The translations under genes and the position numbers were made by a program. Shown in pieces: positions 52,189 through 64,000 of a stretch of 64,000 nucleotides of DNA. Numbering within the stretch: the stretch's first letter is position 1; each line of letters starts with the position of its first letter. This DNA comes from the human T2T-CHM13v2.0 reference genome, Homo sapiens: NCBI RefSeq assembly GCF_009914755.1, contig NC_060937.1, one strand, 5' to 3'. The notes beneath the pieces were generated by a model that was given only the letters and a program-made list of their open reading frames with translations, was not told where the DNA came from and did no database searches.

Positions 52189-54873
52189 AACATCAATCAC
52201 TTCATCACACCATACATAGACTGGAATAAAATAACATAAATAATTTAGTCTTTTCTTCTTGTTGCTTGAATTAAGAAAGGATGTAACATTAAAGTTAATA
52301 TTTTAAAATTTTAATTAAAACATATCTAGGGTCCCGGCCCACGAGTCCACGTTTGCTGCATCACAGGCACTGACCATTGCCCTGGGCAAGCATTTTCGGA
52401 GCATCACAAAGCAAATCCTTTCTTCTTCTTTTATGGCAGGGGCTCTTGATGCCACTGTGTCACATATGTTTCCAATTAATCTCCTGCTAGGCTATCTGAT
52501 TGAATTACACAATCACTGGAATGTTTTAAAGGCTTAACTAATTTGAAGCATAGCCATAGGTTAAACACTGTTGAACCATCACACTCAAAATATATGTTTA
52601 ACATAAACAAATCATTTCACAGATACAAGCATGGCTAATGGGGTACCATAATAAGGGGAGGCAAATGCCTTTGTCTTATTTTGTCCTTTTACCCAAAACA
52701 TTATAGTGCCTATTTTTAATACTAAAAATAAGGTACAAGGAGAATTTTCCATTTATTACAGTATAGACAAACAATCTGAATAATTCAAGCTGTGTTTACA
52801 GAGCACAAAGTGAGGTTCAGGTTTCATAAATATTCATGATTAGTGTGGGTAAGCAGTCCAGATAATTCAGAAACTACCCTATCCCCTCACAGTTCAATTT
52901 GCTAGTCTAGAGAGAACCAATTTACCAATAATTATGACATCTCTACTTTACCACTTAGTATAGAACCATGGAGGAGAAAATGCTTCCTTATTTTTAAGTT
53001 TAATTTAGATTGTTGTTTCAATTTGATTATATGGGGTTATGTGGATTCAGTCATAGAAGAAGATTGTGCAGTCTCCCCAAATTCTCGGCCTATATTTTAG
53101 GTATGGTGCTTCTCTTTCCTTCCATTCTCTTATTCTTGTTTTCTGCCCTTGGCATGAACAGTGTGCATGAAAGATGGCACTTAGGTCTTAGCTCCCTGTG
53201 ATTTCATCCAATTAGGTGACTCTAGCACCTAGTAAAACTGTTTCTCAGAAGGTAGTGGCCCTCTGTACTTTGGGAAATGAATGGTGTCCTTTACAAGGAC
53301 ATTCCAGAAAAATAGGTCAACTTATAATGTGAAGCCTGGCTGAGAAGGAAATAACCAAATGACATCTAAGACTTAGGCAAAAAGTTAAAATACCTGTCCT
53401 TCTAATGATCTCTACTGCTTCTTCTTTTAATAAATGTCTTTAGTAGCTAGAGAACAGTTACACAAGAGAAAGGACCAACGAGAAATCATTGGTGAGAAAT
53501 AATCAAGGGAAAGGAATTTTATAAAATGGTAATTAAAAATAAGAACTATGAATGTAGTTCTCAGATTCAAACCTTGTGTTATACTTTAAGCATATCAATG
53601 AACAGTGATCTCAGATAAAAATATTGATTTTCTAGAAGGCTTCAATCTTACAGTGCTTTTTTCCCAAAGCCTTGCAAGTTTCACAAGTATCTTTTGTGTT
53701 TTATTCAGTATCTACTGAGAGGCTGTTGCCACATAGCAGAGAGCTGGATGGTCTGATACTTTGGGGTGGGTCAGAGTTTTCAAAGAACTTCCCATCTAAG
53801 GAGGCAGCAAAGCTGACAGAAATGCAGGGACCACATCAGGCCTTCACCTGTCTGTTTCCACAATTGAGTGACAGAAATCTGCTATTTTCTTCCAGGAGCA
53901 AGTCTGGCTGAGCCTTTAATATCCATTTCCTTACCACAAGAAATTGTGTCTGGGCTTCATGTCTTAAGCAATGACTACAACAGAGCTCCTTAGCAGATCT
54001 GTGAGGATATCAGTTTTATTTTTACAAAATCCAGAATTTTTGTTGGAAGTTAGCAATGATAGAGGAGTGACTGTGGAACAGGGGGCTAGGTGGCAAAAGG
54101 AAGTGCAGGAAGGAAAAAGGTGAAGACCACTGGGAAAGTAAACTAGAGTGGTGCATCCTAGCCTTTGAATTACTTTGGCAACTATTTATTTATATGTCTG
54201 TTTCTATGAATGGAAAGTTCCTTGAGGACAGGGACTCTGTCTTATTTGTATTTGCAATCATTGCATCTAGTATAGAGATGTGGAATACTCCCACTCTTCT
54301 GCTTACCTTTCCTCTCATTATTGTTCTCTCTCTCCTCCCCAAGGGCAGAGGAGTTGCTCATGTATTTAGTCTGAGTTTACAGTATTGACTAGACCATATC
54401 GATCAGCAGGTAAGGTCACTGATCATACTCATCTATGGGATAGGAAGCTAAATGAACCAAGAACAGTCAGATCTAATAGGCTACGAGTGACTAGGAGTCA
54501 ATGGCCTGGAGCCTGGTAGATAAATATTTTAAACAAGGCATCACGATTATGTTTGCTGGATATGGACCTCTGGTCAGGTACACAGAACCACTGACTAAAT
54601 TATATTCTGACTGTATAGATTCTCTGTTATCATATGGAAGAATCAACTATGAAAATACATTTTTCTAATTCTTGGATTTTGTGCTAGTATACATATAGAT
54701 TTCAGAAAAAAATGGTTTGCTAAGGTTTCAATTCATTAATTAATATGTGTATGAAGAGCCTATTACATTCATTCATTTACTCTTTTATCTGTGCTAAGCA
54801 GAATTGAATGATCTACATACTCTGCAATGCTCTGCCAACACGTCAAGCTATAATCTGTTACTAATTGTCAGAT

Positions 54874-55041
54874 AGAACTGGCTTCATGGGTGTGCAATCT
54901 GTGCAGGCACACAATGCCCCACACTCAAAATGATCTACACTTGATACAATGCTCTGCTGTCAATATCCAGAACTTCTTATAATTTTTCACAAGGGAACTT
55001 GTATTTTCCGCTGGATCCCACAAATTATGTAACTGGTCCCA
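54874..55041 (+). mobile_element. MER45A (hAT-Tip100)
   Basis: 'ggcttcatgggtgtgcaatctgtgcag' ... 'cccacaaattatgtaactggtccc'. Confidence 0.8.
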
Positions 55042-55131
55042 CTCTCAGTGTCAGGATACAAAGATATCAGGTAAGATTGTTGGAATCCCAATGGACTGCA
55101 GTCCAAACGTTCTTTAAAAAGCCAGTGGGTA

Positions 55132-55478
<347 letters not shown>

Positions 55479-55562
55479 TCAGATCTCAGAAGTCAGAAGA
55501 GAAGATACAGACACAAGAAAAATCCAAATCCTGAATATATAATATTGGAGTCTTTAAAAATT

Positions 55563-55690
55563 TAGGTAGTTAATTTGTTAATTAGCTAGATTTAATCATT
55601 CCACAGTGTATACATACTTGAAGACATCATGTTGTACCTGATAAATACATGAATTTTATCTGTTGACTTAAACAATAAAACAAAAAATAA
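55563..55690 (+). mobile_element. L1MA 3' end
   Basis: 'gttaattagctagatttaatcattccacagtgtataca..acatcatgttgtac'. Confidence 0.8.
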
Positions 55691-55784
55691 CTTTCATCCC
55701 TTAAACAATAAAAATCCAAAAGGAATGTGGATCCATGTTAATTAAGAAGGCATGGTCTCCGAAGCGGTTCCCTGCCTTCACTTT

Positions 55785-58740
55785 TATTTATTTTTAAATT
55801 TTATTATGTAAAATTTTAGATATTATAAATGTGTATAAATAATAATATAATTAACCTCCCTATATTTATCATACAGCTCCAACAGTTGTCAATATTTTGT
55901 TAATCATGTTTCATTCATTTCTCTATTTTTGCTAAAGTGTTTTAATTAAAACCCCTATATTCACCCATAAATATTTCAATGTGCAAGTCCAAAAGATATT
56001 CTTTTTTAAATACAGCCTCAATATTATTGTTATACCTAACAAAAGTTTAAAAAAATTAATGTTCAGTTTATGTTCAAATTTCTCAAAGATGCCTTTCTAT
56101 AGTTACTTTCTTAAATTTGAATCCTAACAAGGTTTGCATTTGTTTGGTATTGTCACTTAACTTTCTTTTAAACTATTATAATTCCCCTTATCTCCATTTT
56201 TTTCATGCTATAAATTTGTAGAAATAGCTGGGTTATTTGCTTTGTGTAATTACCCACATTCAGAATTTGCCTAATTGCATCTTCACAAGGTTGCTGCTCT
56301 AGCCCCAGAATTTGTGTGATAATTGGTTTTAGATTTAGGGGATGGATTAGATTTGGTTTAATTTGGGGGCAAGAAAACTGCATAAATGGTGCTGCATATT
56401 TTCTTTTATTTCTCCAGCTTTATTTAGGTATAATTGAAAAATAAAAACTGTGTACATATAAGGTATATGTGTACATTGTAGAGATTTACCCCTGTGTTTT
56501 CTTCCAGTGATTTTACAGTTTCAGGTCTAATATTTAAGAGCTTAATCCATTTTGAGTTGATTTTTGCATATGTTGTGAGATAAAGATACAGTATCATTCT
56601 TCTGCATACGGATATCCAATTTTACCAACATTATTTATTTAAGAGATTGTCCTTTTTCTCATTTTGTGCTCTTGGCACCTTTGTCGAAAACCAAATGACT
56701 ATAAATGGGTGCGTTTATTTCTGGAATTTCTGTCTTGTTCCATTGGTCAATGTGCCTGTTTTTATGCCAGCATCATGCTGTTTTAATAACTACATCTTTG
56801 TAATATATTTTGAAGTCAGGTAGTGTGATGCCTCTGGCTCTCTTTTTTTTGTTCAAGATTATTTGTCTATTCAGGTTCTTTTGTTGTTCCGTACACATTT
56901 TAGAATTGTTTTTCTATTTCCGTGAAAAATGCTACTGGAATTTTTATAGGAATTATACTGAATCTGCAGATAACTTTGGGTAATATGGATATTTAAACAA
57001 TATTAATTCTTCTAAACAATTAATACAGAATATTTTTCCATTTATTTGTGTCTTCTTCCCTTTCTTTTATCAATGTCTTCTAGTTTTTGGTATACACATC
57101 CTTTACTTCCTTGGTTAAATTCACTCAAGTATTTTAATTTTTTTGATATTATTGTAAATGGGATTATTTTCTTTTTTTTTTAAATAGTTAATTGTTGGTT
57201 TGTAGAAATGCTACTGATTTTTGTAGGTTGATTTTTTTACCCTGCAACTTTACTGAATTCTATTATCAGTTCTAATAGTAATTTTGGTGGAGTCTTTAAG
57301 ATTTTCTGTGTATAAGATCATGTTGTCAGCAGAGACAATTTCACTTCTTCCTTTCTATTTGGTAGCCTTTTATGTCTTTTTCTTTCCTATTTGCTCTGGC
57401 TAGGACAACCAGTACTACGTTGAACAGTGGACCTCCTTGTCTTGTTTCAGATCTTAGAATAAAAGCTTTTAAATTTTTAATTTGAGTGTAATGTTAACCA
57501 TGGCTCATCATATATGGGCTTTATGGTATTTATGTAAATTTCTTCTCTTGCTAATTTGCTAATTTGTTGACAGCTATTGTCACAAAAGGATATTGGATTT
57601 TGTTAAATTCTTCTTTTCCATGTGGGTTTTGTCCTTCATTTTGTTAATATGATGTATGACATTTATTTATTTGCATATGTTGAACCATCCTTGTATCCTA
57701 GGGATAAATCCCACCTGATTATGGTGAAAGATCCTTTGAATTCAGTTTGCTGGGGTTTTTTTTAAGGATTTTTATAGCTATGTTCATTAGGGAAATTGGT
57801 CTGTAGTCTTCTGGAGTTTTTGCCTGGCTTTGGCATCAGGCTAATGCTGGCCTCCTAAAATGAACTTAGAAGTGTTAATGCTTCTCCAAGTTTTTGGAAG
57901 AGTATGAGAAGGATTGGTTCTTTAAATATTTGATAGAATTCAGCTAAGAAGCCATCAGGTGCTGGGCTTTTCTTTGATAGGGAACTTTATTATTGATTCA
58001 ATCTCTTTCTTCATTTTTGGTGTGTTCAGGTTTTCTATTTCTTCATGATTCGGTCTTGATACGTCATATGTTTCTAGGAATTTATTAATTTATGTTATCC
58101 AATCTTTGGCATATACTTGTTCATAGTAGTTTTTAATGATTATTTGTATTTCTGTGGCACCAATTGTAGTATCTCCTCTTTCATTTCTGATTTTGTTTAT
58201 TTGAGTATTCTTTCTGAAGGATAGCTTTGTTAAGTGTAGTATTCTTGGTTGCAAACATTTTCTTTCCTTTCAGCAGTTTGGTATATATCATCTCACTCTC
58301 TCCTAGCCTGTAAGATTTCTGCTGAGAAATTCACCGATAATGCTATAGTGGTTCCCTTGTATGGAGCGTGGGGCCTGGAGACTTGGGGACCAGCCTGGAA
58401 TCTGGTGCTTCAGGGGCTGGCCAGACACAGGGGTGGGTCTAAAGCCTGGGTTTGTCAAGTCCAGTCTGCAGTCCAGGTACACTGGGGCTGGTCTGAAGCC
58501 CAAGTCTGCAGGAGTTGGCCTGGTGCTGGGGTTCACAGAGGATGGCCTGGTGTTGAGGTTCATGCAGTCAGGTGTTCATTTTACTTTCCTTTTAATATAT
58601 TGAGGCTGTCTCTCCCCCAGTTGCACTGTGTGGACTTGGGAAAGTGGTGACATTCCTAAAGTGAAATTATCCTTTCTATCTTCTTCAATGCATCTTTTCT
58701 TATTTCTGTGCTATACTCAGGTGATGAAATCTTAGACCCT
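55785..58740 (-). mobile_element. Cluster of old antisense L1 fragments (3' UTRs, ORF2 56480-58210, GC-rich 5' UTR repeats ~58360-58570)
   Basis: 'ccattttgagttgatttttg', 'ttgaagtcaggtagtgtgatgcct', 'ttgaaccatccttgtatcc'; degenerate ggggctggcc/gaagcctggg units. Confidence 0.85.
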
Positions 58741-58789
58741 ACCAGAGGGTCTCAAATTGGCTTCAGTGGTTTAGCAGTGAAGTAACTCA

Positions 58790-58921
58790 CATAACTTCAA
58801 CTCACAATGCATTGTGCTATTATATGGCTGAACCTAACTGCAAACGAGTGAGAATGTTTGACCCACCTATAAGCTCAGAAGAGGAGAATTGGATATGTGT
58901 GAGCACTAGAAGTCTCCATCA
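58790..58921 (-). mobile_element. Old MLT1 (J/K/L-type) LTR fragment
   Basis: 'acctaactgcaa..gaagaggagaattggatatgtgtgagcactag..tctccatca'. Confidence 0.55.
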
Positions 58922-61900
58922 TAAAAAGATAATTTAAGCTGAGCTTTGAAGCATATTAGACAACACTGGGGAACCATTAGAGAAGGATTTGGAAACAATT
59001 GAAGGTATGCAGAGTCATCTCTGTAAAAACACTAAGGTTGGAGTGGGATAAACATAAGCAAGAGAGTTTGTTTCTAACTAGCTGTGTCATTTTGGGTCAA
59101 TCACTTCACCTCTTTGAACCATATTTTCTCTTTGAAAACTAACTTTTAAAAACAAATGTTATTCAAATATTTCTTGAGCAGCTAACCACTTGTTTAAAGC
59201 AAATGAAATCTTGTGTATGACCCCAATTCACAGAGCAAATATATGTATGGCTGCTCTGGGTGAAGTATGGAGGACTGAGAACTCAGACTCCCCTTTTCCC
59301 CACAATACCTATCAGTGGCTCTTGAGGCAGCACCACTAAAAAAATTAATTTCTCGTACATTGTAACTTATATTTCTTGATTTATTGACTTCTAATGCTTA
59401 ATGGTCATGGCAAGGGTGTCTGAGAGACATATTTTAAGACTTCATGTCAAGAACTCAAATCACTATTAGCTAGATATGGGAGTAGAACACAGAAAATTCA
59501 GCCTATAACTATAAAAACAATTTGAATACTGCCTTCTGAGACTCTTTGGAATCATGGTTATTTGCATGATGATTATCCAATATCCTATATATTCATATGT
59601 GGTTATCTGTGCACACATGCATAAATAGTTAACATGGTGGTGAGAATGCTGCTGCCACTGTTGTTTTTGCTCTTAAACATTTTGGAACCTTATCCAAAAG
59701 GGAAGGTGAATTTTTATAAAGCACATTTTCAAACTGCAGAGGGAAATGTTTTCAGCTGCTCAGAGGAAGATATTTGTGCCAATATGAAAATTAATCAAAT
59801 GAAGCCAATTTATTTTATTTATACCTTTTTTACTTCCACAAGACAAAAGGTGATGGTGAAATGCCAATTTCCCAAGGCTTTGTCTACACTGAAGAAAAGA
59901 GTATGAAGCACTGAAGTAATCTGATAATAAGAAAGGGTGGTAGGGAAGCCCTGTGAGATTCTACATCTCATGTAGAAGGTTTCCTCTGAGCTAAGACTAT
60001 CCAAGAGCATTGGGTCAGTTTTCCTGGGCTATTTTGAAATCAATTTAAGAATAGAATTTTGTTTATACAACTAATGTACTACTTACTCCATTCTCAGGAG
60101 TTATTCCTTATGTACCTAATGAATAAAAGAGTTGTGGAGAATTTTTTTTAAAAATCTTGTTTTCATCTGTTGTTTTCTGCAGATTCTTTAAGGACAAAAC
60201 AAAACATAATGACTAAATGATGTTGTCCTACATCAACAAGGGTTTCCTAATAAATAAACATTCAATATATAATAATTAATGTTTTATTATTTTGTGACAC
60301 ATTTTGAATACAGTAAATGGCATTTCAGTAGAAATTCAGATTATTGGTGTGAGAATTGATAAGCAATAAGTATTTATTTATAGACCAATTTTTGGTATAG
60401 GCTATTATCGTTATTATTATTATTATCCATACTCATCCTTGTTGTTGAAGAAAGCTCTTACAATATAATTAAGCAGCTCTGGGAGCCAGAACTATTTCTT
60501 GAAAATTCCTTGATGTTATCAGATTAAGGTGCATGACAAAAATGCTGGTAGATGTTATCCTTAGTCATTTTGAACATTTCCTATTGTCCCATCCTCTTTC
60601 TGAACTACCAGAGTATTTTCTCTGTATAAGACAAAATCAGGTACAGTAAAAGAAAAAATTCTGGCAATAGGAAGAAAGAGCTAATGTTCTTTCTTCTCTT
60701 TCCCTATTTCTAAGAACAAACGACAGCTTGGAGTATGTAACAAACTGATACATATGAACTGCAAATTTCCCTTTGACCACAGAATGAGGCAAGGATTAAA
60801 CATTTGCCTAGCTCATTAACTATGGAGTAAAAAGGTTTGAATGGGAATATAAAAAAACGCATTTGCAAAACTTCACCGCCTATCAGGAGGCCAGCTTCAG
60901 AATAGCTATTTCTTCCAAAGTAAACATTTCCTTTTTAATTTCTTTGAATTGCTCTTAGTTTTTCTTAAATTTCACCTCTTGATTCAAGGTTTTGCATTTT
61001 TAGTAGTCCTCTCCATCTATCTGCACAAAAGTTAAAGAATTTCTAAGATTATAGAATTTTTTTCTAAATTATACTTCATTAGCATTAGAAGATGTTCTTA
61101 CAAATTTATCTTTCAATCATATACCAGATTTTATTTCACAGTACTTTAGATTTCATTTCTCTTTGCTGTAAAGTCCCTAGTCTTGTTCGATAAAATAACC
61201 ATGGGGATTTTATTCATTTTAAAGACAATTGGATAGGGCTACATTATCACATTTAAGTAAATGAGATTTACATTTTTACATTATTTCAAATGAAAAGAAG
61301 CGAATGTCTTTAAATTATTAAATCTTTTGTCAAAAATGCTTTAAAATTCTGTTTTATTTATCAGAGATTTTTAATTAAAGCTATTTCTTAGAAAATGAAT
61401 TCCTTATGAAGAAAACATTGAATTCTCCTTTTATCTATACATTAAACAGCTTATGCATTTTTTATTCCTTTAATTTTAGATGCCAATATTTTACCTCTTG
61501 GGTACTTTCTGTGTAGAAGATTCATAACAAGAACAATACTTATTCTGCAATTCTTTATATAAAGGTGAGTAACTACTCAAAAATGATTACAGGCTAACAA
61601 TCAAAGTCTAATACAAGTTGTTGTGCTACAAACTGGATAATCACATATTTTGGCAGGCCATGCATGGCCAAGTATTTTTGTAATCTTGATGAAGCAATAA
61701 GAACACTAAAGCATGTAACTGTGGCATAGCAAAAATTGATGCATATAACAAAGTTAGACCTTTGAATATTGACAAGCCCATTTTCTAGCTTGATGGAGAG
61801 AAATAAGCTCCTGCATCCACATGGTTGATCATCTAACTTCTGGAAAGGATCAAGAGGTTTGTTTCCTCATTGATTTCTATCATTTGTATAGTTTTTATGT

Positions 61901-62639
61901 TGCTGATTTGGTAGAAAATCAAATAGAAAGCACCTTAAGCCAAGTTGTTTTTGCCAATCTTTGAACACAGGTCAGAATTTATAGTGTAGCCTAGCTCACT
62001 TATATAGTGAAGTGTCATAGTAAACAACAATTAATAATTCCTTTCTTCTCAGAAATGTAGGGAAATGGAACAAGATTACAACCACATGGTGTAAATTGGC
62101 TTGTTGATGTGCACTTGCATGGGTATGGCTGGGATATCAGAGCCTATGACAGTTGTTTTATAGTGTCACCTTAAAGCCTAATACATATTGATTCACAGAT
62201 AGTAATTTTAAGTTTCTTTTCACAGTTGAGAATATGACCTTGCATATTAAAACCCTTAAATCACCTTACCTTTCCTTAGATAACCTGCCCCTTCTCCACA
62301 AAACCAAGGATTCTTATCTCCTAATTCCTAGGTAACAGGAATTCTCTTCCATTGGAAATAAATACTGGTACTTATGAACAGTAAAGATTTGCATTTGTTT
62401 GGGCACCTATTTTAATAAGCTATTTTATGAGAAGAAGAGATGAATAATATTATAACTATTTTATAGGAAGAAGAGATGAATAATCTTTGGATGTGTGCTT
62501 ACAATGTACCGGTTATTAATCTATACATATTTCTATAAACAATCTCCATTTTAATTCTCAAAATACCCTTCAAAGTAAACATTCCAATACCCAATCTCTA
62601 GGTGAGTAAAGTGAGGATTAGATAATCATAACACTAGTC

Positions 62640-62830
62640 AACAGTTATTGCGTACTTGCTATGCAATGGGCACTGTGCTAAGTGCTTTACATTTACGTCA
62701 ATGCTAAGTGTACAATGAATCATTACAACTCTAGGAAGGAGGTGTCATTATTTTACCCATTTTAAAGATGCAAACACTGTGGCTTAAAAAGGTTAAGGAA
62801 CTTTCCCAAGTTAAGATGTGGTGTGATGTG
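62640..62830 (-). mobile_element. MIR
   Basis: 'gcactgtgctaagtgctttacat', 'cccattttaaagatgcaaacactgtggctt..aggttaagg'. Confidence 0.8.
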
Positions 62831-63696
62831 TTGCTGCAACAGCTTCATTCTAAAATAAATATTCCAAGAGGCCTAGAGTCTTCAGGGGAAGAAAAATTGT
62901 TCTCAAGTTAGAAGTTTTCCATTATTAATAAAGTAATAAGACCAGGAAGGATTTGAAATCTTTTACTACTGCCACTGAAGAGGCTGGGGAAGTAAAGTAT
63001 AGGAAGGCTTCCTCTTACCAGGCACTAGGATCAATGCTTTACATGTTGTTTTAGCCACTGTTCCACTTTTGAGAAAGACAGCATGATCTCATTCTACAAA
63101 GGAAGAAGCTAGGTGTCAGAAGGTTTAAGAAAGTGGCCCAGGGTTTTACAGTTAAAAAACGGCAGCCTGGACTAAGAGGCAAAGCACATCTGCAGTTGTG
63201 GTGAGATGGCGTGAATTGGGATAAGTACAGATCATGAGGATTGAAAGAACTGCCCAGAGTTTAGGGCGTTCTGAGTCTCAAACACTGTCATGGCCTTACC
63301 ATACTGTCAGACTTCCTTAAGTAGCTGTACATTCCTCTCTTGAAAACTCCAGCTGGGAACTGTTTTAGGTGGGGCAGCCCTGCTAATAACAAAATTCTTC
63401 ATCCACTCAAAGCAACCAGCATGGTGCATGTGGCCCAGTTCTGCTTCTCAGTCTCAGAATCACAGAATCTGCTGATTATTCACCTCACCTTACATCTCAG
63501 AAACTTGCCAGAGCCAAGCTGAGCTACCTTTATGTGTGATTCTGTCTTGGATCGTGCCTTACCCAGTACTCCTGACTTCTTGCACTGGATGTTACACAGT
63601 GATCCAGCTTCCTCTGACCTTCAGAAAATCCATATACAAGATATACAAACTCTCTGAATCTTCTTTTTCTGCTTAGAGGTTAAAATTATATTGCTT

Positions 63697-64000
<304 letters not shown>

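Larger units (their letters stand above)
49645..52465 (-). pseudogene. Degraded FBXO38-like (F-box) retro-pseudogene, 5' and central part, interrupted by MER82, Tigger3a and MLT1A
   Basis: Manual minus-strand translation gives collinear fragments resembling FBXO38 as recalled. DSWAG/PRYVLIKILKY*L*CYI (~52345-52280; F-box, cf. SHEVLCHIFRYLPLQDI); VYVWCDEVIDV (cf. LYLRVVRVVDL); HGICARKL (~51632-51609, cf. TGLASARNL); HHVV (51219-51208, cf. QHVV); LKKL*L*PS..LTSDK (~51096-51050, cf. LHEVRIQPSLTKDG); AVKMFSGVK (50924-50898, cf. AVNEVFSCIK); DELVPLLK (50856-50833, cf. IELLPSLE); GVQSSFV (~50763-50743, cf. GVSSALV); AEGDARSS (49967-49944, cf. EEGDAESS); VQVLRL (49804-49787, cf. VQVLVL). There are many stops and frameshifts and no intron-sized unique gaps. 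Confidence 0.7.

Noticed and set aside
50100-52620. Faint resemblances to bornavirus L/M/G motifs (QMFNQG, SDKTI, NIYF, KRRRKD), gypsy gag and GVIN1
   Set aside because: The matches were short, out of order or wrongly spaced, and lacked catalytic motifs. The FBXO38 interpretation explains many more fragments collinearly.
58249-58650. 133-aa ORF and GC-rich patch
   Set aside because: These are degenerate tandem repeats of an old L1 5' region; CpG-poor, so not a CpG island.

Overview
AT-rich, CpG-poor primate (probably human) intergenic or deep-intronic DNA. It is densely filled with Alu, L1, L2, MIR, MaLR/ERVL LTR and Tigger/hAT remnants. I find no intact protein-coding gene; the short ORFs in the track are repeat-derived or chance. 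The main unexplained structure is a long-dead, very divergent, apparently intronless FBXO38-like coding fossil on the minus strand (~52465 down to ~46280). It shows an N-terminal F-box and about ten further motif matches in the same order as FBXO38, which I recalled from memory rather than searched. It is broken up by an old L1, an MLT1A LTR, a Tigger3a and a MER82. The window also contains three short locally templated copies (two direct, one inverted), a strong CTCF-type motif, a double octamer, an overlapping CRE/M-box and a candidate non-coding exon. Repeat subfamily names come from recognition of consensus sequences, and boundaries are approximate.
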